DNA of 63,755 bases, filler included, from Octopus bimaculoides (lineage: Eukaryota): NCBI RefSeq assembly GCF_001194135.2. It is 5 parts of 5 records of this genome, joined end to end, with 100 filler letters (N's around TTAATTAATTAA, not from the genome) between each part and the next. Parts side by side here need not be neighbours in the genome. Positions count along the whole stretch, not along the records: positions 25,625 to 44,671 come from NC_068999.1; 4 more parts are not named here. One strand, given 5' to 3'. The stretch's first letter is position 1; each line of letters starts with the position of its first letter. The notes below the pieces were generated by a model that had not been told where the DNA came from, ran no database searches, and was given only the letters and a program-made list of their open reading frames with translations. The position numbers were made by a program, and so were the translations under genes. This document shows, in pieces, positions 28,011-40,675 of the stretch.

Positions 28011-28917
28011 TTTGCATCAATTGATATAAGTTGATGATATTAGAGCATCATTTTCGCGCGTATCGGTAATATACATTAAGATTTACTTTTAACTATGAGC
28101 ATAATAGGATTTACTAGGGATAGTAACGATAAAGAAAATTAATTGACAAAACAAGAAGTAATTGACGGACAATTTATAAATTCTTAACAGATGTGATACT
28201 AGATATAAAATTCAATTAGAGGAGGAGATTTCCAAGTGAAGCAATGAGACGTGATTCGATATTTGGGGCTTCTGAATGTTAAGAATTTACTTGTAAAGAA
28301 AACTGACATAAAAATACTTTAGAAATAAAGCAGATAATAGCAATACGCTGCTTTTACAACAACAACTAACAAAAGTCCATATTTCTCATACGCAAGATTT
28401 GATTATGTCTAATAAAGGCAATATGTAAAATAATAGATGATATAAAATCTTTAGAAATATATTTGCAATAGGGCCACAAGCAACATCATCAATAATAACA
28501 CCACTACTACTACTACTACAACTACAAATATCAACACGAAGCACTTAGCAAAATATAGAAACTTGTCTTTGATTTATTTTGATATGGCTTGTGTTGGTTT
28601 TTGTTGTAATTTTGTATGTTATTTATATTTATGTCATTGAATCAAAATTAAATTTTGTTCCAAAAAGTTAAACGTAACAGATAAAGATAACTATATTTAC
28701 TTATTTTTCCCTTGTTTATAACACATATTACTGAAGATCAGTTTTATTAAGCATATATCAGCTTGATTCAAATTCTTTATATTTAACATTATTTCCGCAA
28801 ATATCTGATTTTTATCAAAGTAACATCTGTGTTATACACACTTGCATATATATATATATATATATATAATAAAATATAAATTTATAGATATATGCACATA
28901 TTCATACATATATGTAC

Positions 28918-29003
<86 letters not shown>

Positions 29004-30019
29004 ATATGTGTGTGCGGGTGTGTATGTGTATGCGTGTGTGTGCGTTTGCGCGTACCTCTCATTATGTATATCATCCTGTGCGAACGTGTATAGAAATTTT
29101 TATCTCTGAAATCTACAAAATGCTATTTGAAACAGCTTATTATTCCGATATACCTTATCGTCATCGTATATTTCTAATAATCCTTATTGTTAAAAATCAG
29201 TTTGACGTAGATAATATATTTCTTAAAATGTATATCTTTTTAAGGTTATTACAATTCTTTCTTCTATTTATTTATATATATATTTTGGGATTTTTTCTTC
29301 GGTAATCTCGAAATAAATTCAATGTTATAATAACGAAAATATTTAAATGATAGATAGAAAATAAAACACCGTGATGTAATATAACATGAATTATATTTAT
29401 CGGTGTAAAAAATATTCAGAATGCGTTAAATTTGCATAGGAAGAGTGCGCATACAGGGGCACAGATTCGCGAGCGAGCGTAAATATACACATATACTAAA
29501 ATGCTACACATGTACATACATGAGTATATGTGTGTGTCTGAGTGTATTTATATATATATATATACATATATATGCGTGTAAGTGTCATTCTGTGCTGATG
29601 TGTGTGTGTTAGATAGCTCGTAAATATGCGACCGTGTATGCATATTACATGATAAAACCAAACCTTGTGGAGAATCTAATGAGTCGACGTAAATATGTTC
29701 CCCCATTTAACAATGGATATATATATATATATATATATANNNNNNNNNNNNNNNNNNNNNNNNNNNNNNNNNNNNNNNNNNNNNNNNNNNNNNNNNNNNN
29801 NNNNNNNNNNNNNNNNNNNNNNNNNNNNNNNNNNNNNNNNNNNNNNNNNNNNNNNNNNNNNNNNNNNNNNNNNNNNNNNNNNNNNNNNNNNNNNNNNNNN
29901 NNNNNNNNNNNNNNNNNNNNNNNNNNNNNNNNNNNNNNNNNNNNNNNNNNNNNNNNNNNNNNNNNNNNNNNNNNNNNNNNNNNNNNNNNNNNNNNNNNNN
30001 NNNNNNNNNNNNNNNNNNN

Positions 30020-30069
<50 letters not shown>

Positions 30070-30627
30070 TTACACACGCATATGTATATATATGTAATAC
30101 AAATATACCTATACACGCACACATATGTTATACATGTTATATACGTATGTATACATGTATGTATTGCATCCCTGGTGCAATATATTCTCTTTCTCTATAT
30201 CATTGCAATGTAATTGGAAATAAATTTCAGCGCATATTCATTTCCCTCATAGCATTATTATTAATGATATTATTAATGAAATTATTGTTGAATAGAGTTT
30301 ATTAGTCTTTTATTGTTGTTTTGAGATGTTTTTTTCTTACGGATGTTTTCTTGTTTTAATGAGACTATTTTGTTATGGATTTTAACTAAATCAGGCTCAG
30401 AGAAGTGATAAATTTTATGGTTTCATATAGAGGAATGCTCCTATTGGTAGATGAAAAGAAAACTATTACCGTTTATCACATGAAAAACTATACATAATAC
30501 TTCATGATGCCATCGGAACAAACATAAATTTATAAGACGTATATGTGAAAAAATCTGTTATTCATGATATACACTCCCCTTATATGTACCTATACCTATA
30601 AATGTGTGCATGCCTGTATATATATAT

Positions 30628-30665
<38 letters not shown>

Positions 30666-31699
30666 ATGTGTGTATGTGTGAATGTCTGTGTGTCTGTGTG
30701 TGTCTGTGTATGTGTGTATGTGTTTGTGTGTGTGTGTAGTGTGGTGTATATATGTTTGATCTGCCTATGTGTGTGAATGGTCTTTAAATTTGTATATGTG
30801 TGTATATACAAGTGTATATGAATGCATGTACATATGCATTTGTAAATTATTGAAGTTTTTTAGCACAACCCCTGATGTATTTTGACTCCATATATCTTGT
30901 CAGGTGCTAGCGAAATATTTGTTGGTTTTTGATGGATTATAGGAGTTTTGCTTAAAATAATATACAAGATATGAAAATAAATATGAAGCAGGAGATATTA
31001 TTTTACGTATGTATATTTAAATTTTGTTCCCTCTATTTCATTCTTGCAGAAAATCTTAAATGTTCTTGCCTGTCTTTTTACTGCTAAATATGTTTTTGAT
31101 TAACTTACTGCATTTGCTGCAGATGATTTATGTTTCCGCATTCCCGAGAATTTTGCGATATTACTGGAGCTACTTTCAACATTATTGTTGTAATGGAGAG
31201 CATTGTGAAATGTTTTAAAATGTGTGCCTCGTCTCATTAAATGCTCTACAAAAGATCATTTTATGATATTGTTTTGCTTTAATATTCTGCAAATAACGCG
31301 TGCACTTTGACAGTTTACCGGCAACAAGCTTGCTAAAAGACAACGCAATAAACGAGATAACCGCGCTCTTTCAAAATTTGTTAATGTAATACCTCATGAT
31401 TAATAAATATTTGTAAGTGAAACACAAAACAATAATTGGTGAAACTGGGGAAATTATGAAATTAGAAATTAAAAAAGGAAGATTTCATTTTGGAAATGTT
31501 AACTCCGAATCTGAATACCACACTAACAATCCTGCAAAACATTCATTATAGTTGATTAATAAACATGAAGCACATACCTAATGAAATCTACTCGGGTGCC
31601 TGGCCGGTTCGTAATCTTATCTACATCAGTGGGATGAAAGATCACTTTGATCATATTGGGATTTGTATGTATGTGTGTATATATGTATGTAAGCCCCTT

Positions 31700-32190
31700 T
31701 ATGAAACAGTAGACTCCAACCAAAAAATCGCAAAAAAGCACCTATCATTTCACCTATCAATTTGATTGAGGGAATGAATCAGAATTCTCCGTAAAAGAAT
31801 GTGGAGATAGCAGATATGAAACACGCAACAATAACAGCAACTTTAAATGCTTAGAACGTGGTTCCCTCAAGAATTTCAAGAACGGATTGTCGTTCTAATT
31901 AAATTCAGGTATGAACTTTAAGACGCAGAATCGCATATACTACATTACTTGCCCCAACAGCATAGAAAATTACATTGGCGAAACAAACAATTCTTTCTGC
32001 CAACGTACAAGATTCCACACACAACACATCCTTCTAGAGGAATTGGACAAGATTCCATCTAGAAATATGGGGTGAAGGAAAGTTCAAAATATTTCCTTTT
32101 TGTCAATTTTCACGAGATATCCCAAAATTCCGAAGAACAATAAAGCTACACTTCATCAAAACATTCTCTCCAAAATTAAATGTTTGAAAG
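31700..32190 (+). mobile_element. Penelope-like element, GIY-YIG endonuclease fragment
   Basis: KECGDSR...IYYITCPNSIENYIGET...FIKTFSPKLN pattern of the PLE linker and GIY-YIG domain. Confidence 0.8.
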
Positions 32191-32367
32191 AGAAGCAGAG
32201 GAACTATATTTTTTTCTTCTTTTTTTCTTAGTAGTAATGACGATGTTTGAAGAGAATACTTTTATATCACACTCTTACCGTTGTTTCTGAATTTGGCTCC
32301 AATGTTATTAACGTGATACTCATCTTTATAAACGATTATATATAATTATAAATCAAATATACATATA

Positions 32368-32637
32368 CATATATAATCATAAATATATAGGGATTGACAG
32401 TAACCTGCTTCTCGAACATACTGAGAATTCAGAAATAGCAGCCAAAGAACTACTGATTCCAAAACTACAAATTTTACTCTAAATTGATAGCGATATTTTT
32501 GATCAAAAATGTCGCTATCAATTTAGAGTAAAATTTGTAGTTTTGGAATCAGTAGTTCTTTGGCTGCTATTTCTGAATTCTCAGTATGTTGGAGAAGCAG
32601 GTTACTGTCAATCCCTATATATTTATGATTATAAATG
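32368..32637. repeat. 270-bp spacerless palindrome centred on GATC (32501-32504)
   Basis: 135-bp arms are reverse complements with 3 mismatches counted by eye (32371/32634, 32414/32591, 32494/32511). Confidence 0.95.
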
Positions 32638-33168
32638 ATTTTACCGAAAAGGTTTTTTCATACTGAGCTACCCGGCAAAATTGTTAANNNNNNNNNNNNN
32701 NNNNNNNNNNNNNNNNNNNNNNNNNNNNNNNNNNNNNNNNNNNNNNNNNNNNNNNNNNNNNNNNNNNNNNNNNNNNNNNNNNNNNNNNNNNNNNNNNNNN
32801 NNNNNNNNNNNNNNNNNNNNNNNNNNNNNNNNNNNNNNNNNNNNNNNNNNNNNNNNNNNNNNNNNNNNNNNNNNNNNNNNNNNNNNNNNNNNNNNNNNNN
32901 NNNNNNNNNNNNNNNNNNNNNNNNNNNNNNNNNNNNNNNNNNNNNNNNNNNNNNNNNNNNNNNNNNNNNNNNNNNNNNNNNNNNNNNNNNNNNNNNNNNN
33001 NNNNNNNNNNNNNNNNNNNNNNNNNNNNNNNNNNNNNNNNNNNNNNNNNNNNNNNNNNNNNNNNNNNNNNNNNNNNNNNNNNNNNNNNNNNNNNNNNNNN
33101 NNNNNNNNNNNNNNNNNNNNNNNNNNNNNNNNNNNNNNNNNNNNNNNNNTATATATATATATATATAT

Positions 33169-33215
<47 letters not shown>

Positions 33216-33992
33216 GAGAGAGAAAACGATACCTTCTACGAAAAAGACATCAAAAAACATCCTTAATTCATCTACATGGAGAAGGCCTGGTGGAAAAAGA
33301 AATACATTATATCATGAACTTTATACGTAAACCTAATCCTTCATACGGCCTACCTAAAATACACAACACCAAGATAGATAATGAAGCCTGCAAACGATGA
33401 CCAGGCAAATGCATAATTATCCTAACGCCAGAAGATTGCTGAAGTCCATCAAATGTTTTATTAGAGATGATCTAGATATGCTCGAGCACCTGCCAAAAAC
33501 AACTAATGAAGAGACATTATTGGTTTCCTACGATGTTATTAATCTTTGCACCATTATTCCATATGACAATGGAATAGAAGCAATAAAATTCTGGATGGAA
33601 ATGTGAACCGAAGCAGTTCTGAAATGCATAAACCAAGTTTTTATGATTGAATCTCTAAAATCTATTCTTCAGGACAATTATGTTCTGTTTCATGATACCT
33701 ACTATCGTCAAAAATGCGGAATTGTGAAGACAACGAAAGCAGCCCTTAGTCTCAGCCCCTGTACATAGAAATAGGGTATTTTGAATTCACCATATATGAA
33801 GTATTACTGTAAAAATATGAGTATCCATTTCACCATTACATAAGAGAGAACAAGATAAGATATCTGGATGACTGCTTTATCATTTAGAATGAGACCATTT
33901 ATAAATGTTTGTAATGTATCAATAGTAGATACTAATAATATAAAACATAACTTTCAATTTACAATGAAATATAGCAAAGAAAAGCCCCTTTC

Positions 33993-34454
33993 CAGCTCTA
34001 TATTCAAGAGATGGGGAATTATGTACGTTATTTACATTATTTACAATTGAAAGGCATTTTTCCTCATCTTGCTTGCTGTTAACACAACGTTTTGGCTTAT
34101 ATACCCTCCAGCCTTTCTCGGGTGTCCTGGAAAATTTTCGAACCTGGGTTCTCACTCCTAAGGTATTTTTTTATGTTATTATTATTATTATTATTACTAT
34201 TACTATTATTATTATTATTATTATTATCATTATTATTATTATTATCATTATTATTATTATTATCATTATTATCATTGTTATTGTTCAGGTCACTGTTGGA
34301 ATCGAACTAGGAAACTTGGGGTTAGTAGCCCGCGCTCTTAATCACTACGTCATATGACCGTGCCTGGAGGGTATATCAGCCGAAACGTTGTGTTAACAAC
34401 AAACAAGATGAGGACAAATATCCGTCGATAGTAAATAATTTAAATAATGTAAAT
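33993..34454 (-). mobile_element. tRNA-headed SINE with (AAT)n spacer, hammerhead-like tail and inverted tail copy
   Basis: 72-nt tRNA-like head at 34288-34359; flanked by 13-bp direct repeat aaaagcccctttc (33980-33992, 34455-34467); inverted repeat of about 34030-34111 at 34364-34454. Confidence 0.85.
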
Positions 34455-35628
34455 AAAAGCCCCTTTCTTAGATATTATGGTAAAAAAAAACGTCAACAAA
34501 CAAAGTGTAACTGGCATTTTTCAGAAACAAAAGTAACTCGAAACAATATCTTCTGTTTATCTCATGCCACCTGTGACTTATCAAAAGAAATATCCCCCTC
34601 AATTTAGCGAAAATGATTTGCACAATTGCGTCTGATGGAAATAATCTGGACCTCCATCTGCAAAACCTCGGAACAACGCTGAGAGACAATATCTGCCGCC
34701 ACTTGGAGAAGATCGAATTGAGCGTGCCAAGAAATATGGCATTAAAACACTAAGGAAAACAAAACGTAACACCACAACGCATCTCAAAATACTACCGGAT
34801 ACATCAACTCACAATCCTAGAAACAATGAGGCATACAAAATCTACCACTGTTCACTAGGGATCCAAAAGTAAAAACACTCTGAAAACATGAACTCATCAA
34901 ATGAAAAAAGCGACACAGATCGCTGCAGCGACTTCTAACAAATGCGAAGCTTTACACAACAACCAGGAAAACAATGGTTAAAAAATGTGGGCGTCCAAAC
35001 TGTGGAACCTGCCTCAACCTACTGAAAGGCTCTGAATTTTTATTCATTACAAGGAGAGAGGTCCACAATTAAAGCCAACTTCACTTGTGCTTCCGAGAAT
35101 CTAATTGATGTTATAACTTTTTCAGGTTGTGGACATAACTATATAGGACAAGCAATTATTCCAATTAGACGGAGAACCACCCTATATAAGAAACAAGTTT
35201 GTTTCCAACAGTACAGTCAGATCCCTTTCAATGAACACATAGAGATGTGTGCAGGTAATATCCAACCAAACTCCACAGTTTTCCTTATCTACCAGTGCAA
35301 AGAAACAATTTCTGTAGAAGTATGTTTAAATAAAAAAAATATTATTTATCGTAAAATACAGAACACGCCTCAATATGAACGTGTAACCAACTTTGCTCTC
35401 AGTATATATTTTAATTCATGATCACATACCCATCCCTGTACATATTTCATCTCATCACCTAAGCATTTGACTTCTTGTATATTTACCCCCCCCCCAAAAA
35501 AAAAACAAGCAATTTCTTCACCTGTCCCGAATAATAACGATCACCAATTACCTCCCCTTGTATTCATCTACTTCTAACTTCAGTCACAAAATTCCTTCCA
35601 AAAACATGAACGAAATTACAATAATTTC

Positions 35629-35666
35629 ATTTTCATGATCAGCGAAAGCGAAACCGGTCGACAAAT
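35629..35666 (+). ncRNA. Degenerate minimal type-I hammerhead ribozyme motif in a PLE 3' end
   Basis: attttc-ATGATCA-gc(gaaa)gc-GAAA-ccgg-TC-gacaaat: core differs from CUGANGA at 2 positions; palindromic ACCGGT stem III. Confidence 0.55.
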
Positions 35667-36799
35667 ACAATACTCTTTCACTCATAAAATGTATAAAAAA
35701 TCTATATTAAAACTATGTAAACTATTTGCATTTCTTTGTTTTATGTTATATATATATAAACTCACCACTTGGTGATAATNNNNNNNNNNNNNNNNNNNNN
35801 NNNNNNNNNNNNNNNNNNNNNNNNNNNNNNNNNNNNNNNNNNNNNNNNNNNNNNNNNNNNNNNNNNNNNNNNNNNNNNNNNNNNNNNNNNNNNNNNNNNN
35901 NNNNNNNNNNNNNNNNNNNNNNNNNNNNNNNNNNNNNNNNNNNNNNNNNNNNNNNNNNNNNNNNNNNNTATATACATGTGTGTGCATGTGTGTATGTGTG
36001 TCTGTCTGTGTCTGTGTGTAGGTACAAATAATCTTCTAAGGGAGGAATTACATTCCCAAAGAAATATCAAAGGTGTCTCCTTCCTTGTCCTCGCGGCGAA
36101 GCAACTCATTCTATTTTACGACTGTGCATACTAATATTTGCCGATGCGAACCATCAATATATTCTTCGGTTTCTATTGTGCTCTATATAATATATAGACA
36201 TTCACAAACCGGATAGAGTCTCGTGGATTTAGATATTCAGTAACATAGCTTTGTGGCAACGACGTATAAAAATCGATAATACCAATGCTACAGGTTTAAG
36301 ACCCTCTGAACTCGTTCATTTGTACATTCCAAGCAAAATGATTGTCAGAATTTGGTATTAATAATAGTACAATTCTTATCTAAAGTATTTCTGATTTTGC
36401 GTTTATATTCCTTAGTTACCGTGTTATTATTTCTCATTTGGTAAGCAAGTAAGCTGAAATAATACCAAATATAGCGGCTGATAGTATCTACACATAACTA
36501 TATCAGTAAATATCTGTATCCTCTTCCATATACAAAAAGAACAATTCAAGTCATTGGCAGCAAAGCAATACACCAACACAAAATCCTCAACTCCAACCCC
36601 CAAACGTGTGGTGGTCATCTTTTCCTGTCTTCGCTGATGACACAGTGAACTCGGGTCATTGAATGTGGTTCACCACGTGCCATCTCCACGTAGTTATTTC
36701 CCGCTTGTCTTCTCTCTTCCTTCACTCATATCGTTTCCACACCAGCTACGTACTGCACTCAACGTTATGTACTCTGTTTCCCTCCGCATATCGTAAGAC

Positions 36800-37850
36800 C
36801 TCTATATCCCGACATCACTGGATCACTATCATTACTTGACTACAAACTGAATATAACAGAAGGAGAGATCCACACCGAGTTCTACAGGAAAGCAGCCAGT
36901 AGAGGTATGTTTGTCCAATACAATTCAGCACTTCCATTCGGTGCCAAAATAGGATACGCCAGAAATGAACTTTCACGCAACCAAGGCAAGTGCAGCAGAA
37001 CGGAGGACAAGCTGACCCACACTACACGCTTCCTAGATATATTGAAAACCAACGGGTATCCTAGATCCATTGTAAATCGGCTTAAATATCCAAGACGACC
37101 AACATGCCGAAACACATAGAAGACTCAGCAACACATGCTTCCTTAAAATACCCCATTTTAGCGAGAAGATAACTACAGCCATCCGAAGAGCCATAAAAAT
37201 AGAAGGGCTAGACATACAACTAGCCCACTCCGGCCCCTCGCTGAGAGGACACCTCGCAAAGGAAACGAATAAGGGACAACAATCAATGCACATTAACAAA
37301 TTGTCCCATCCGTGACACAGATTTATGCCAACGGGTAAATGTTGTGTATAAAATACAACGTAACAAATGCAACAAGTTCTATGTGGGTAGCACAACAAGA
37401 CCGTTACACGTCCGCATCAAAGAACATCTGAACACGAGAGTCTCCTCCTTCAGAAAACATCTAGACAGATGCCGGAACACTGACAAAGGCATAACAGTCA
37501 CAATTGAGGCCAATGAAAGAAATTTGGGTAATTTAAGAATTAAGGAATCTTTACTCATACACAGACTAGGACCCAAAATTAACAACAGGCTGGAAGTTGG
37601 TAATCAATATATTATTTAGCTACATCTGGATGTGTGTAGATTCATTCTTAATAAAAAGAGAAGCTGCACGTATAACACATCACTTAGAAGCAGCGCTACA
37701 GATGAACCAATACACACGAGATTGAAACATAGCCGACCTCACGCACTTCTCATGAGGAATTCCAGAAGAAGCTCCGTCAGAACACTACTGAGACGCTTCC
37801 GAAAAAAAGAAAACCATTGGAAAACAGTTTATAGTAGAAACTCCATCTAA
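36800..37850 (+). mobile_element. Penelope-like element 3' half (RT thumb + GIY-YIG) of a different family
   Basis: EFYRK, ILKTNGYPRSIV and an open GIY-YIG segment YKIQRNKCNKFYVGSTTRPLHVRIKEH...LRIKESLLIHRLGPKINNR (ORF 37344..37619). Confidence 0.9.
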
Positions 37851-38660
37851 GAATATTTGAAGAAAGAATAGTAATTCCGAAATATCATCGGACTATAGAT
37901 AACCAAATTACAACAGGTATACAGTCAATTTTTCGTATTATCGTGCATTGTTGTACCATCCTAAACTTTTAATTCTTTACTCTATAAATCACTTTATAAA
38001 CATAAATTTCTTGTATCCTACCGGAGTTGGCTTAATGTTAAACTGACACCATAGCCAATTGAGTATAATACGTACACAACAACAGATGCAAAAGCATACA
38101 CGAGCAAGCACATATAAACAAATATACATATATATATAGAAATATATATATATATANNNNNNNNNNNNNNNNNNNNNNNNNNNNNNNNNNNNNNNNNNNN
38201 NNNATATATATGTATGTATAGTTAATCCCAATTACGAAGAAAGACAATAAAAAAAACTACGCGAGGGAGTGGTACATACAAATATTAACAAATGATTAAA
38301 GAACATGTGTGTGTGCGCGTGCATGTCTGTGTGTATGTGTGTGCGTGTGTGTGTGTAAACACACATCTACATCTATATATGCGTATGTGTATGCATTGAA
38401 AGAATGTGGGCGTACGTGAGAAAATGTAATATGACAACCATCTTTAATTATAAGTTATCAATGTAGATTTTATACTCCGCTCATTATTAATTCAACACTG
38501 TATTCTGAATTACTTTATTTCTATTTTATAAGCTTTGGTTTTAATTTTTAAGGTAAGATTAACTTAATGAGGGAATTTACGTAGACAACGTTTTACGTCA
38601 TTGCTTAGAATCATTTTAAATAAATGTATCTCTAGCATAATTACTAATTTTACCGATTTC

Positions 38661-38772
38661 TTCCCCTTCTTTTTTTATTTTCTGAATACAATAATATCTT
38701 CATTGCTCTCTTATGTTTATTTTCCCCTTCTTTTTATTTTCTGGAAACAATAATATCGTCATTGCCCTCTTA
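38661..38772. repeat. About 61-bp tandem duplication
   Basis: ttccccttcttttt...caataatatc.tcattgc.ctctta at 38661 and 38722. Confidence 0.8.
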
Positions 38773-39543
38773 TTTTGTTCATAATCAGTGGATTGCAAAA
38801 CTTTTGCATCGCCCCTTCTGTTGTACCTATGTGTTATCCCTCATAACACCAGCTGGTTCATTAAGTTCTGGTGTACTTGCCAGTGTAAAGCCAAACTTAT
38901 TCTGTTATTTTTTTACACATATATGTGTAAACAATTAGAAAATAACCACGAAATTTCTTCCCTAGATATTTCACTATATTCCATGAGGAGTTGTAGTCAC
39001 AATGTAAGAGACTCTTCGGATTGATCATTGATATATGACTATAATAACTATAATAACTTATACCAATCGTATCTTTCCTTTTTTAATGCACATTACTGGT
39101 TCTAATTTCTGTTGTACATTCCAAAAAGGTATCTGATTAAATAGCTTGCTAGCCTTGGTTAAAACGGTGAATTTTTTTTTTATTATGAGAAAAGGTGGCT
39201 TACATCTTTCCTTCTTCGGGAGATTAGATCTTTCTTAGTGTCTATGTAGTCTATTCACAGTTGTATACACACACGCCTTTAATGGGTTTTACGATTTTCT
39301 TTTTCCATTTTCCCTATAATGGCTGCTTCTCTCTCTTCGCATTGTCCATCCTTATAAGTGAATAGAGATTATTCTTGCTGTTGTCATGTTTCTGTGGTTG
39401 ACTTCCATTATTAGGCTTGCCATGCTCACTCAAAAGTACAAAGGCTTTTGCTCATACAATATATCGCGTGAGAGATACTGCGTACGTGCGTGCGCATTTG
39501 TTTCTCTACAGCTGTACTAGTTAACACATCACTCTCTTTACAG

Positions 39544-39626
39544 CTTTCACAAAATTCATGTATGCATTCCAAAGAATACGCTTGCTTTTCATTTATAATA
39601 TGGTGAGATTTGCAGAAGATTTTGAG
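39544..39626 (+). CDS. Candidate coding exon (xFTKFMYAFQRIRLLFIYNMVRFAEDFE)
   Basis: gttaac branch-like site, acceptor catcactctctttacag| and donor GAG|gtaatt; 83 nt with one open frame; no family recognised. Confidence 0.25.
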
Positions 39627-40195
39627 GTAATTTTCAGTAGTTCGAGTGATTGCAGGGTGGCCTTTATTCCTGTGCATGGCACAAACTTTGTTGTTGTTTT
39701 CTTGTTTTTGATTAACCCCAATTAAGCTTTGCTAGAACAGATCCTTTCTATATATGATATATGGCATACGCTTTAAGACAATATGGAATGCTTTGAAGGA
39801 AATTCCCGTGTTATTTCCCATAATTAAAACGTCCAGATACATGCCCTTTAATATAAATTACACGACGAGGTGTGGAGCCGAAATTCATAAACGTGCTTTA
39901 CATACAGAAAATGTTATCTTTATAGGTAGTGATACAGATCAGACCCATTTTGTTTCACTCCTTCAGAGTGATAATTGTTGCAACAGTCGCTGGGTGTAAG
40001 GAGTAGATTCTGTGTCTCTTTTCTTGAAAAAGTTCAATTGTTAAAATATCAGGATAAGGTACTTGGTACTTAAGACATGAGTTAAAAGTAATGAAAAGAA
40101 AGGTATAAATCTTATATATAGATATAGTTACGTAAACTTCAACACAGTTAGTAGATATTATTTCTAAATACACATGCACGTATAGTATTTATATC

Positions 40196-40262
<67 letters not shown>

Positions 40263-40514
40263 CAGATACGTATGCATATGTGCGTAATTCTCTTACAATC
40301 ACACATGCATAAATGCATATTTATGTAGTGTATGTTTGCGTTATGCGCCTCTACAGGTTTACAGTGTTTGTGCATACACTAATATTTCTACTTTCACTTT
40401 TGGGTATGTATGTTTGTTTCACTGTGTGAAGTGAAAACTGAGAGGAAAAACAAAGAGAGAGAGAGACAGAGAGATTACGTGGTGTGTATGAGTTTACTTT
40501 TGCCTGTAGCTGCG

Positions 40515-40597
40515 TGTGCGAAATACTGAGAGAGGAGGGAGAAAGAGAGAGACTGAGAGAGAGATAGACTGAAAGAGAGAGAGACTGGGAGAGAGAG

Positions 40598-40672
<75 letters not shown>
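40515..40672. repeat. (GA)n microsatellite
   Basis: Direct reading; source of the poly-SL ORFs. Confidence 0.95.

Positions 40673-40675
<3 letters not shown>

Larger units (their letters stand above)
33220..35700 (+). mobile_element. Near-complete decayed Penelope-like element (RT + GIY-YIG) with 3' hammerhead-like remnant, interrupted at 33993-34454
   Basis: YGLPKIH, LLVSYDVINLCTIIP, YRQKCG, IRYLDDCFI, KEKP|FLDIMV, KKCGRPNCGTC and NYIGQ motifs in the expected order. Confidence 0.9.

Noticed and set aside
34288-34359. Stand-alone tRNA gene (also considered for 61256-61335)
   Set aside because: No oligo-T terminator, diverged boxes and direct continuation into a SINE body; treated as SINE heads.
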